Made by a program: the position numbers and the translations under genes. The notes below the pieces were generated by a model. It searched no databases. It was not told where the DNA came from and saw only the letters and a program-made list of their open reading frames with translations. A stretch of DNA of 64,000 bases from contig NC_087252.1 of assembly GCF_037042905.1 (NCBI RefSeq), positions 25,298,001 to 25,362,000 on the forward strand, read 5' to 3'. How positions within the stretch are numbered: position 1 is the first letter of the stretch; each line of letters begins with the position of its first letter. Positions 13,801 through 26,600 of this stretch are shown here, one piece after another. The stretch is from Lytechinus pictus. Its lineage: Eukaryota.

Positions 13801-16800
13801 GGCTACCCTGGCACACTCGTCTGGACAGCCCAAGATCTCAGTTTGCAAGAGGAACCTCAAAAGAAGTTCGACATCAATGAAGACGAATATTATGTGACGT
13901 CATCGGTGACGTTTCATCCAACACATGCTGATAATGGTAAATGGGTAGAATGTGGAATCAGGGAAAGCGAAAAATCACCGAGACGAGTCAAGTTGATGGT
14001 TAAAGGTAACTAGAATTTTCAATTCAGTTAATGGTGCATATATGTATTTCGCATGAAAATCAATGTATTATCCAGAGTTCAAATGCTGAAATTAGCATGT
14101 TTACAATACAGGCCATTCATAGGCAAAACTAACAAAATATATAGGTAGACCGACATAAAATGGTTCATGACATACATGAAATTGATAAATAAATACACGT
14201 CTGAAAGTAATTGTAATTGTAAACAACGCAATCAATAGAATAAATTTGAATATATAGGCCTATACAGAATTGCATGAATGGATACAATTTCGAATCTCTT
14301 GCTCACTTTTCTTGAAAAAGACAAATCACAGTGAACTTTCAGTCGTGTGAAAGTCCTTCTGTAGCATTTGAAAAACACAGATCGCCTGCAGGATCTCACT
14401 AAGAATGAAAGTGGACATTTATTACTTGGGCGTGGCCTAAATGACGCTATCATATAGAAGAAGGATTTCTGGGAATTCTGTTGCTGAATTGTTAATGATT
14501 CGAAAGTAATAAATCAAGTGGCGTTCAAATTGTAGAGACTGGCACTGATTGTATTTAGCATGTCGGGAATTACCGGAAAGTCTTCAATTGCTAGAAATAT
14601 TATTGGTACTACTAGAGAAAGTTACGTTGTTGCTGCTTTCTTGCTTAAATTATTTCCGTTTCATTTTTTTTTTATTTCCAGCAAAACAGTAAACAAAATC
14701 CATGAAATAAAATGATAATAAACAATTGAAGTATAAAAAAACACAATCATGTAGCTCAACAATATAGATTTTAAACTTAGATGGATCATGAAATATTTGT
14801 AGCTGAAAATAGCTTGTCGAAAATGGAGAGGTCCACTGTGAAGCTCTGCTTGTAAATCGTGGACCCCTCGAATGAAAGTATTTAATAATGATCAAGTACA
14901 TAATTATAATGATGAAAGCATTGAATAATTGTTAAAGGGGAATCCAACCCAAATAAAAACTTGTTTTTATAAGAAAAACAAAAATCAGACAAGTTAATAG
15001 GTGAAAGTTTGAACAATATTGGACAAACAACAAGAAAGTTATGATTTCTTAAAAGTTGTAAATATTGGTAATCACTATACCCATGGAGACTTAAAATTGG
15101 CCGCATATGGGATACCATAGTGATGTAAGGCAAGGACTACTCTTCCTTGTACTCCAATACATATTATGGCTAAAATGTCATTTTTCCCCAAAAGTTTTTA
15201 TTTCAAATTATATTTTTCTTTCATGAGGACATAAAACAATATACTACCTGGATTATATTTAGATTATACTGCCCCAGGGGAATGGGTACTTAAAAGAAAA
15301 CCAAAAAGAAACCCTGATTATAAAGTACATGGCCTATGGGAAAGTTGTCCTTGCCCCTTGTCATAATTTACGTACCCAGTTGCCAATTTGAAATCTACAT
15401 ACTTTTAGTGATCTCAATTTAAAAGCAGCTATAACTTTCTTTAATGCTTGTCCGATTTCTTTCAAACTTTCACCATTCTGTATAATTCATTTTTCTCCTT
15501 CTAAACACAACATTTTATGGCCGAGGCTGGATTCCCCTTTAATTATATAATTAAAATAATGAGGCAATTGTAACTGGGTCAGCTCTATACTCATGTGACA
15601 ATTCTTATCCATCTTGTCCCATTATATCGTTTATTGTTGCTGGAAAGACCACAGTGCGGCATACGTTAACACAAAGTGTGTTCGCATAGGAGACTATGTG
15701 TGAACCACAATGTGAAAATGCCTAAAATTAAACAGTTCACACTGTAGACATCTTGATTGTGTGGGTGATTACAGTGTGTTAACATAGTGGACTATATGTG
15801 ATTCACAATGTTAAAATGCTTAGAATTAAACACTCTGGAGATAAATTCACACTGTGGACGTATCGACTGTGTGGGTGTTCACATAGTGCACCATACTAGT
15901 ATGTGATTCACAATGTTAAAATGCTTAGAATTCAACAATCTGGAGACAAGTTCACACTGTGGACATCTCGACTGTGTTGGTGGTCACAGTGTGTTCACAT
16001 AGTGTACTACATGTGATTCACAATGTTAAAATGCTTAAAATTCAATAATCTGGAGATAAGTTCACACAGTGGACATCTCGACTGTGTGGATGTTCACAGT
16101 CTGTTCACATATAATGCAGTAACTGAAGATGTGAGTGATTCAGAGAAATCTGAAACTGTTGAAATGAAGTGTGAACACAGTTGCCACCGTGGGTATTTCT
16201 ACCACGCCACATGAGTGCTGTTCACAGTGTGTTCGCCTTGTGGACTGTGCTAAAATGTGATTCACACTTTTGTGTAACTTCGTATCACATCCAATGCCGA
16301 TTAGTTTCGTCAAGGATATATTTGGGTGCATGGTTTAGTAAATACTCAGGGGCTCTGCCCTGATATTGCGATAGGGGCAAGACGAAAATGTGGTCGAATT
16401 ACAAACTAATTTTAGGGGTATTATAGAATTACACTGTCAAGACTTCTCTTTTTTATTCTCTTCATCCTTCTTCCTGTCTTTTCTTTAGTTTTTGTTTTTC
16501 TCCCCCTTTGTTTTTTTTAACTACTTGAAGAAAGAATTTCTGAAAAAACATCTTGCTACCAAGAATGACGGCTTCCCTGCAGTAGTAGGCCTACCACTCT
16601 TTTCATCTGTTTATAACATAGTTTCCATTTTGAAGAAGCTTCTGGCAATTAATCCGATGGCATATTTTATTCTTGACATTTCTCATATTGGACAGATAAA
16701 ACAGATACGTCATCAACGGGTAACCCTCTTATCCCAATAAACAATGAAACTTCAAGCCCAGTATGTTTTCATCGCCAAAGTCGGAAGGCTAATAACTCCT

Positions 16801-19800
16801 CTCGGAACAATACCTGTTGCCAGGCAAGAGATATCGTCTTTCTGCCCAGTATTTCACCGAATGGGGATATCGCTATTTTATGCTGCACAGGGCGTGAGGT
16901 TGGGTCATGCCACTCTCTACAGTTCAACATTGCTGGTAAGAATGACTTTACTCATGTCGTACGCAGACATTTCTTCCTGGGGTGGGGGGGGGGGCAAGAT
17001 GCGTGAACATAATTGAAGAAACTCGTTAGCGAGGGAGCGGAGCGACCTAGCGAATTATGCATTATAGGAGGTTTTTTTTTTTTGCATTTGATGACGTGAA
17101 TTGAAGACTCTTTAGGACACTTCTTGGCGAATTTTGTGATTTTTTTTGTAACGAAATTTCAGGAGGGGGTAACTGCCCCAGCAGCTTATGGCTACAAATT
17201 TACTGGAACCCCTTCCATCAAATGTGAAATATTCATTCAGATACAATTACCCCCTCCCAACCTCAATGGATTATATTCACTTGATCTATATTCAGTTGGT
17301 CTACTTTCTTTTCCGATAGGGCTAGTCTAATACCACATGTACTGAAAAAAAAAACTCCGGTGTTGATTTGACACCAGCCCGGAATCTATATATGTCCACA
17401 CCAGAGAAGTGTTAAACAACACCAGTTTGGAAGCAAACCGATGCTGTTTTAATACTAACTGGTGTTGTATAAACACCTTTCTGGTGTTAGACCAAAACAA
17501 AACTGGTGTCGTTTAACACTTCTCTGGTGTGGACATATATATATATAGATTCCGGGCTGGTGTTAAATCAACACCGGAGTTTTTGCAGTGTGGGTTACAA
17601 CCATTTTGTCTACTATCAATGAGGTCTTATTGCGGTTGGGTCTACAGTTTACACTCGGACTAATACCCACGTCAAGTAGTCTAAGTGCCCATTTCGTCTA
17701 ATTTTCACTTCGTTTAGTCATCATTTGTACTAAGTTAAACGTATATGTAATATGTGATCCATAAACAGTTCATCTAACAATAAAGATTAAGTTGGTGTTA
17801 GAAGAAGTGGATACTACTTACTTACTTACTTACGTGCTTACTTACTTACGTGCGTACTTACTTACATACTTATTTACTTAGTACTTACTTACTTACTTAC
17901 TAACTTACTTACTTACTGACTTACTTACTGACTTACTTACTGTCCATTATTCCTCCTGGCACGTAGGCAGCAAAGATAGGACAGCCTCACAGGAACTTAA
18001 AATGGAAAATAAATGGCCATTAGACCAAATGGTCAGTAGACGAACTGAGATTAGACCATGTTGGATGAGATCAAACGCAAAGTAGACAAAGCGGTTGTTG
18101 GCCAATCATCGACACCCCCGCCCCCTCACCCACTTTCATCAGTGGCGTACTTAGGATTTTCCACAGAGGGGGGGGGGGACAAAACCGTTCGCCAAATAAA
18201 TTGACAAGCAAAAAAAAAAAAGGTCTTCAATCACAAATAAAGGATTTCGTACCACAAAAAAAATTGACAAGCAAAAAAAAAAAAAAAAAAGGTTTTCAAG
18301 CTCGTCGGGGGGGGGGGGGGGGGGGTGGGAATAAAGGTCTTCAAGCTCGTCAGGGGGGGCATAAAAAGTCTTTCAAGCTCGTCAGGGGGGGGGGGTGGCA
18401 GGAATATGTCCTTTGCATGGGTTGTGGCTCGCCAGGGGGTGCAGACTGCCCCCCTGCCACCCCCCCCCCCCGTAGGTACGCTAGTGAACAGTCGGCTACT
18501 TTTATACCGCAGCCGGATCTGAACTTCCTAGAAAAAAGGGGTTAAGTGGTTAACATGAAGAAAATTAGTCTTGAATTTATCAATCTCTAATCGTCTTTGA
18601 TTACTGTTGGAAATTAACGCACTGAGCGGCCCCCTTCTTTGCACATCGACCGTGCAGGATGTGGATGTCTAACAAGCAAGATTTGAAATTTGCCATGACA
18701 CTACAAATCCGACATGGGACTTTGATCTTCAGTGCAATTATTCATTTATCTATTTATAATAATAATAATAATATAGGGTATTTATATTGCGCACATATCC
18801 ACCTTGTTAGGTGCTCAAGGCGCTCCTATATTACCCGGCTAAGCTAGGCGTTCATAGCGCACACAGCTTTTTAAGGAATTACTTCCTACCGGTACCCATT
18901 TACCTCACCTGGGTTGAGTGCAGCACACTGTGGATCAGTTTCTTGCTGAAGGAAATTACGCCATGGCTGGGATTCGAACCCACGACCCTCTGTTTCAAAG
19001 TCCGAAGACTAATCCACTGGGCCACAACGCTCCATTTATATCATTTATATCTAAATTATTTTGGTAAAAAAATTCTCTCATGTAAATTTAGTATTTAAAA
19101 CAATGCATAATTTCTATTTTTATCTCTCTCTCTTTATCGATCTAGCTATCTTTCTAACTTTTTCTCTCTCCCCCTCTTTCTCCCTCTCTCACACACACCC
19201 ACAAACATAGTCTCTTTTAAGTTTCAAGTTTCATTTTCTTTTATTCTCCCTTTTCCCTCCCTTCTCAAGTTATCTTTTTTTTATTCATTTTATTTTGTTT
19301 TGCAGGAGATAGTAGGCCTGACGCAGAGGAAACGGTGAGTGAGTCCAGTCATACCATAGCGACAATTATGTCCATCTCGCTTTATGTAATCATTGGAGCC
19401 GGTATCCTTATCATTCTATCTGTCTCCATCTGGAGAAAGAGGAAAGGTAAGAATAAATTCAGAAATTTATCCTTCATTTTGTCTCCTTCTTTTACTGATA
19501 CTGCCTTTCTTGTTTTTTTCTTTCTCTTCTTCTTCTTTTCTTCTTATCCGTCTTCTTTTTTTCTTCTTTTTATTTTTCTCCTATCTCCTCCTGTTCTTCC
19601 TCTCGAGAAAAAGACAAGGGCCCCGTCTTACAAGGAGTTACGATTGATCCAATCAATCGTAACTCTATGGAAATCCATCAGTGTCATATTTTTTTCCTAC
19701 AGGAAATTTGCAAAATGTCATTTGTAAACAGAGGAAAACGCACCAAATTGTCAAGGAATCAATGGCTTTATGTATATACATTTATATCTAGAAATTTGTT

Positions 19801-22800
19801 TGAACAAACATGCATTTCATATGTTGACTTTGTTGGCTTTCCATAATTACCATTGATCGAATCAATCGCAACTCTTCGTAAGACGGGCCCCAGGTAAAAA
19901 CTTCACTTTTGGAAATTCGCGGGTTTTTTTTCTTTCTATCTCTCTCTCCCTCTCTCTTCTTTTCTCCCTTCTTCTTCATCTTCTTCTGCAGCTTCGTTCG
20001 TTTCTTGTTATTTTTTTTCTAGCTGTTATTATTTTTTTGGTTCAAGACAACAAAAGGGGGAGAAAGAAAGTGGAAATCGAACAAAATAACCAGTTGCAAA
20101 TTATATCAAAAAGGTTATCTACACTTTTATATTCTTATGTATGTTCCGGTTAGTGAAATTTCCAATCGTTTCAAGCGAACTGTGTCATGGTACGGGATGT
20201 AGTCGAAACTGCAAGCAATATATCATGCTTAATTATGATCTGTCATTTGGAATTAGATGAAATAAACACTGATATCGGTCGTATAGGGAACGAACACCCA
20301 AAGATGTTCTCATGTATACCATTGCCTAAAGTTAACGCTGGCATTCAAGTAGTAGAATGAGCTTGCAATTAAAAAACAAATGAGTATAGCAGATGGATTC
20401 GAGGTGACACGACATTTGCTCCTGCGACATTTGCTCCTGCGACATTTGCTCCTGTGACATTTGCCCCTGCGACATTTGCCCCGGTCTTGATATCTCAGAG
20501 GGCATAGAGTTAGGATTATAAAAGATTTTTTGTTCAGAATCATGTTAAGACAAGGGATAGGGTTTCTTCAGTTTTGGAGGTTAGAATTTTTTTCACACCC
20601 TCTAATGAAGGATTTTTTTCTTGACATGTGGAACCATTAGAAAATAAATAGCCATGCATTTTATAATCCATAACATATAGGGCACATATTTCATATTACG
20701 TCACAAACCAAAATCTTGAAATTTTAATAACCGCACCAATGATTTTTTTATTAATTCTGGCATTTTTACAACGACCTGTCTTTTCGTCAGGGTGAACTTT
20801 CCTTTCAATATTTGGTCGCATGTTCATCATATTACAATGTGCGGTAACTTATTTTTTTTTTAATTTAATCTCAGTTTTCAGGTGTCCACGAAAGGAACAC
20901 ATATATTGTGATCCTCCTGACCTGCCGGCAAGAGTGACATCGTTGCCCCCTCCTCCTCGCTCGTGGATTGAATACGTAAGTATCATTTAATCTCTGTCGA
21001 CCCCCCCCCCCCCCTCCCTACCACCACTTTCCAGGCTTACAACTACCCTGGCCCTTTCTCCATGTACTTCAGTCTCAGATTTTAGGAGCATAGATTTAGA
21101 TTTAGACTTATTTATTTCCGTTCAACAATTTTTGTTTCAAATTATAATCAAAGTAACAATACGTATTCAATATAATCGATAACACAGACAAATCAGTGAA
21201 ATTTCGTAACAAATGTTGAATATAAATTAAACAAAACTACAATTTGTTGCAATAATTTTATCTATAAAAAGAAAATAAAAATGAAAAGAAAAGCAAAAGC
21301 TTGTAGAGAAGGTAAGCCCCTAAACTTAGTTTCAATACTAATTATAAACAAACTATGTATACAACTATATACAAAAATCGAGACGGACACAGAAGACAAA
21401 CTTAAAACAAGTAATCCACAAATATCAAAATAAAACGAATAAGCGACAACAAAAAGAAGAGAAAGTAGTTCAAATAATAATAATTACAGTGGTAACACAC
21501 AAAAAAGTACTTACAAAATTACAATAGGGAGGGAAAAGTGGCAAGGAAAGAAAGAGGGAGATAAGGGAGGTGCAAATAAAAAGTGCAAATGAAAAGAGGA
21601 ACATGGCAGGTGCATAATAGATGAATTAAAGAAATGAGGTTTTAAACTGCCTTGTTGGATACATGTCTTTGCTGGTTTTGGTAAATGTTTGAACCCCAGC
21701 TACAGGCCTATAGTCTGCTGTGAAGAAATTAAGTGCAGTGTGCTGAAATGTGTCAACAGTGTGGAGCAATATATGAAATAATCTTTACAGTTTTAAAATT
21801 GAAGGTTGATTGAATATTTTGCTGGGTTGAATTATTTATCATGGATATTCATTCGTCAATTAGTGAAAGCTCACACTGCAGGGCCGCGGAACGGTTTTGA
21901 AAGTGGGGGGGGGGGGGTGAGCAAAAAGTAAGGGGCTGACCATGCAAAAAATCACAATCAGATGTTCATTTGTACGTGTTTGTACACGGTTTTGTAAAAA
22001 AAAAAGTGGGGGAGCTGAAGCCAACCCAGATCCCCCCTCCCCCGTTTTTGCGACCCCTGCTCCGTAGAGGTGTCCACAGTGTGAAGTTACTTCCACCTTT
22101 TTGAATTTGAGTACTTAGTGTGGAACACATTGTCCACTGGATGAACGACAGACTTTGAAAACAATGTGAATTATACAGGGCCTACTGAGACAACACGATG
22201 AACCCACTGTTAACATACTGTGAAAACACAGTGAACACGAAGTTTGACACTAAACATAAACCTACTGTGAATGCATTGTGTAAAAATGTTGAATACACTG
22301 TGAAAAATGCTGAATGCACTGTGAACATACTGTGAACACAATGATTGAACACAGTGTGACAATATGAACACACTGTTAATAGACTGTAAACATGTGGATC
22401 ACACTGTGGGACACTGAAAACATTGTGAACGCTTTGTAAACATACAGTGAAAACACTGCCTTTATGTACTGAGAAGACAATGTAAACACACTGTGAAATC
22501 ACTGTGAGCACTTTTTGATACTGTGAACCCAGGTCTTCTGTAAACGCACTGTGAAAAGATTGTGATATACTGTAAACACTCTATTTAACACAGTGAAACA
22601 AACACTGTAAGCATAATTATACTGTGAAATAATTGTGATCACACTATTTGATACTGTTACCATAGGCCTACTGTAAACGCCTAGTGGAAACTCTGTGAAC
22701 ATTGTGTGAAAACACTGTGAACACACTGCAAACATATTATGTGAGTGTGAACGCAATTTGAACATTCTGTGAAACAATGGGAATACAGTGTTTGACACTG

Positions 22801-23621
22801 TGAACACACTTAAAATAGTGTGAAAACATTGTGAACACACTGTAAAGTTGTAAACGTACTGTAAATTCATTGTGAAGACACTGCGACCACATTGTGAACA
22901 TCCTGTGAAAACACTGTGAACATACTGTTAATATATTCTGTGAGTGTTAACACATTGTGAACATTCTATGAAAGCAAGTGTTTGACACTTTGAACACACT
23001 GAAAACATACTGTGAAATCACCGTGGGCTCTGTTTGATACTGTAAACATATAGGCATTATCTGTAAACGCATTGTGAAAGCACTGTGAACACGTTGTGAA
23101 CATACTGTGAAATCACTGAGTACACACTGTAAACATAATGAGAACAAATTGTGAACATTCTGTGAAAACTCTTTGAAGACACTGTTTAACACTGAACACA
23201 CTGTGAACACAGTGCGAAGACACTGTTAATATAATACACTGTATATGGGATCACATTTTGGTACGCTGTGTTATTTCGAATAAGTAAGCCGCCCTCTCCT
23301 ATCTTGATATCTATGAATGTCGGTCTAAAGGTTTATTATGATATTTAATTATATCGTCTTAATCTTCTCAACCCATCACAGGAATACGAAGATGGTTCCT
23401 TTATGACGTCATATGAAGAATGCAACTCGATCAGGGATGACGAACTGCAAGAGCTCTCGACCACCTTTCCCGGCCACGCCCCGAGAGCACACCGCTCTCT
23501 CAGCCGAACGATATCGACACTCAGTCGGCGGGGGCTTCGCGACTCTGAAGTGGTGTACGCCAATTTTCCATTCACAAATGTTCTTTCGAGGATAAAAGCG
23601 ATTGGATGGTCCTACTTCTGA
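7882..23621 (+). CDS. Immunoglobulin-superfamily type-I membrane receptor (SP-V-C2/C1-like-TM-cytoplasmic Tyr motifs), CTX/JAM/nectin-like; 7 coding exons, 411 aa
   Basis: Exons 7882-7921, 10209-10369, 11990-12218, 13682-14005, 19306-19446, 20875-20975, 23382-23621. All introns are GT-AG with phases 1,0,1,1,1,0; the total 1236 nt is open. Leader MGRMAKSVLFAITVQMMFKFGNT; V-set motifs GESVTLPC..W-Y..ANLIITNVQSTNSGVYFC..VKLTVS; second Ig domain ETLKC..GYPGTLVW..VTSSVTFHPTHADNGKWVEC; TM IATIMSISLYVIIGAGILIILSVSIW followed by RKRK; tail with HIYCDP, PPPPR, EVVYANF and C-terminal WSYF. Confidence 0.88.
9123..9765 (-). mobile_element. tRNA-derived SINE (host), split by a second SINE
   Basis: Minus-strand head with A box TGGCCCAGTGG and B box GGTTCGAATCC plus shared core at 9571-9765; continues as CGGGGTAATAAC..tail at 9123-9212. 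Confidence 0.8.
9214..9570 (+). mobile_element. tRNA-derived SINE of a second subfamily (guest)
   Basis: GGAGCCGTGGTGTAGTGG (A box)..TGTTCGAATCCC (B box), core CTCGACCCAGGTGCTAAATGGGTACC, L2-type tail AAGCGCTTAGA..GCGCTATATAAAA..(ATT)n. Confidence 0.85.
12311..12527. mobile_element. Harbinger-like MITE (GGGGGTGTTTCACAAAG TIR)
   Basis: CAG|GGGGTGTTTCACAAAGATTTAAG...CTTAAATATTTGTGAAACATCCCC|CTG; related copy at ~57389-57605. Confidence 0.7.
14932..15542. mobile_element. TTAA-flanked MITE family K2
   Basis: TTAA|AGGGGAATCCA...TGGATTCCCCT|TTAA; highly similar inverted copy at 53369-53969. Confidence 0.85.
15650..16270 (+). repeat. CACAGTG/CACTGTG-rich repeat with four ~105-110-bp tandem units
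   Basis: ATGTGATTCACAATGTTAAAATGCTTA..TTCACACTGTGGAC repeated at ~15698, 15797, 15901 and 16011. Confidence 0.75.
17340..17590. mobile_element. Near-perfect palindromic MITE
   Basis: AAAACTCCGGTGTTGATTTGACACCAGCCCGGAATCTATATATGTCCACACCAGAGAAGTGTTAAAC and its reverse complement form ~90-bp arms; ends in CAGTG. Confidence 0.8.
17815..17941. repeat. (ACTT)n microsatellite
   Basis: Imperfect ACTT tetranucleotide run seen directly. Confidence 0.95.
18757..19033 (-). mobile_element. tRNA-derived SINE, apparently identical to the copy at 51864-52134
   Basis: A and B boxes, shared core, L2-like tail and (ATT)n; base-by-base reading found no mismatch with the 51864 copy. Confidence 0.9.
22060..23280 (-). 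repeat. CACTGTGAA-rich degenerate repeat, inverted relative to 15650-16270
   Basis: Dense ACTGTGAACACACTGTGAA motifs; 22070-22108 resembles the reverse complement of the 15.8-kb unit. Confidence 0.75.
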
Positions 23622-26600
23622 TGATGTGATGTCTTCTTATGCAAAACAACAGAACCGATGGATTGCGATGCAGACGTTGCGGGTGCTGCCGACGATGGCA
23701 TCTTTTTCGCATCCAGTGTCATGTTCTGGCACCAAATTTAGTGTTATATCGATGATGATTTTTAGCTCCATTTTAATAGAAGTCCCTGATTATGGTGAAG
23801 GTGCAGACTTCATCACAGGGCAAGAGGTCAAAATTGAAAAAAAAAATTTAACCAGACTCTCCGAACCATGGTTGCATTTTATCTGAGTGTGAGGTCCTTA
23901 CCATGGCCGTACGCAGCGTAAAAATTTTGAGAACTTACATTTTTCTTACTGAAAATTTTCACAAAAATCACCAAAAGTGTGCAAGAAAACGAAATTCTAT
24001 TTCACTTAAGCAAATGCAAAAGCGCTCCCATGACAAGCTCGGTTTATTTTCAAGTTTATGTGTAGGTGTCTTTCCCGGATGCCCCCCCCCAAAAAAAAAA
24101 AAATAAATAAATAAATAAAAAATCAGTACATACGGCCATGGTTCTAGGCCTGTACATGGTCTAATGACATCCGAATGTCCACTTTCTGTTTATTTGTTTA
24201 TTGATCACTTGTCAAATCGACACTCTGGCTTATTTTTTTTACTTCTGGCCTTGTATTTTGTCTTTTACTCGTTGGTCTCCAAATGTAATTTTTTCTAAAT
24301 ATAGTTTTTTAATTTTAAATTTGCTATTATCAGAAATTTAAAATATAACACAAATGAAAACAAAACCATTGTAGGCCTTTTTATGTAAGTATTTATATAC
24401 TATGTCTAATCAAAATTTGATTCACTGTACCACTTACTTGATTTACTATAACTATCACTTGGCAAATTATCTTTTAATTCTTTTTCCATTCCGTCTATAT
24501 TGTCGGGAGGTTTCATATTTCAATTTGTCTGTACATCGCCTCGGTTAATCTCAACTTTTCTCTAGTTCTCTTTCAAATGGTCTAATTTCCAAGAGATCGT
24601 CGGTGTAATAATTAATAGTTAACATGATTAAATGGTTATATGAATAGTTATGATGATAAATGATGATATCCTTGAGATTAAATGAATTGGGAAACTGGGG
24701 AAATGAATTTTACCGAACAAAATTATTGAATACCGAATTTGACTTTGTTTAACATATTTAACAATATCTGTTTCTGTCTGAAAGTATTAATGCAATGCAT
24801 GACTATTATCTGACATGCATGTATTGTTTTATTTTTTTTCAGGTTTTATATAGTGTGTGATTTATTATGTGCATTTAACTGTTTGAAATATATATATATG
24901 TATATTTGATTTGCACATGACTGTAAAAATGTAAAGCAATAATTTATTATAATCTTCAGGATGGTGGCACAGGGTGTGTGGCGATCGCTCTCAGTGACTT
25001 ATCAAGTAAAAAAATAAAAAAATAATGAATAAAAAGAAAGTAAGAATTTAATTAAGAGTGTTCTGAGCCGTGTAACCACAGTTTAAAACAGTGAGGGACG
25101 ATTCCATACGGGACATTTTGACAACAATTTATAGTCTCTTAGCAGAATGCTTCAGCAATAAAACTTTCTTTTTTGTCTAACGATAAAGTTAAAGCGGGTA
25201 GTGATGTAAAAAACTGATGACCAACAAAACAAAAATGCTGGGTACGGGTGAATTAAAAGTGTAAGTGTTGTGTGTCTTACATGACCGTCAGAAATGTCCC
25301 GTACGACACGCAAAATTTTCACCCCTAATTCATCAATGGAAAATATTTTTGTTGGTAGTCATTATTTTACATATCCATGTACCCTGCATTACCACAAAAC
25401 AAGTTCCTTGTCTGTTAGGACGGCAGGTGGAAAAGTGTTGTGAAAATGGCTGATCCTTCTAGCATGGAATCGCCCTGAGTCTTTTTTTTCGGTTATCCTA
25501 GGTATGTAGTTAAAGTTGCTCCGCCTCTGAAAATTTTGAATAGCCTTTTCAGAGAGTGTCACAGTTTGTTTATTGATTGCAATTCAAGGGACTCGCTCAG
25601 TTACATGTACAACAAAAATGGAATTTGTCATTCCATGCCAACCTTGATTGTGGTTGGCTGCTGAGCCCTGTTACCATGGTAGTTGCCATTTTGGCAAAGT
25701 TGCAATAGTTGTACCTCTTTATGCAGTCAGTCTATTAATTACATGTTTTGGTGTATTTTCTATGAAAACCATATATTAATTTTAATTAATGTATATTTAT
25801 TATATTTATATCGTCGCTCCATTGTTACAGGCATTTATCTAATTGGTCGACATTGTTAATGACATTATGTTTTTAATTGTATGTTAATGATACAACATGT
25901 AAATTCGCTCTAAATAAAATGACACACACACCTGATACAGCATTTTCCAGTAGCAATCTTTTGATTTATTTTCTCTCTACATAAGTTCTCAACGAACCAC
26001 CTAGGCCCCCATTTCATAAAAATCTGCTATGACAGCAAGTCTTGCTAGAAATGTCAACTACCATGACAACAGAGAAAATTCTGATTTTGCTTGGTTCTTC
26101 CGATGCAAGGTGATATTCCAGCAAGACTTGCTATCATAACAACTTTTTTTTTTAATGAAATGGAGCCCTGGGCCCCGTTTTACAAAGAGTTGCGATTGAT
26201 CGGTCAACATCTGTATGGAAATCCGTCAATGTCATAATTTTTTCCCAAGGAAATTTGCACAATGTCCTTTGTAAACAAAAAGAAGTCCACAGGCTTTTCA
26301 AGAAAACGATGAATGTATGAACATACAGCATACCTTAAAAATGTTATGAATAAACATGCATTTTAAACATTGCCGTAGTGGACTTTCCATAGTTGTGGTT
26401 GATCGGATCAATCACATGCAACTCTTTGTAAGACGGGGTCCAGATTACACTTTTGGTATGTTGTAAATAGAGACCTTCATTTGAAATAATTACTGTGATG
26501 ACGTATTTTTTTTTAAATTGATTGCCTGTATGGCAGTCTGTATCTTGGGTAGATGTGGAACTAGAATAAGGATGTGAAGCCGTGAATTTTATTCTATTCA

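Noticed and set aside
18811..19098. Identical 'protein' MLKALLYYPAKLG.. also at 51853-52086
   Set aside because: Antisense translation of two identical SINE copies.
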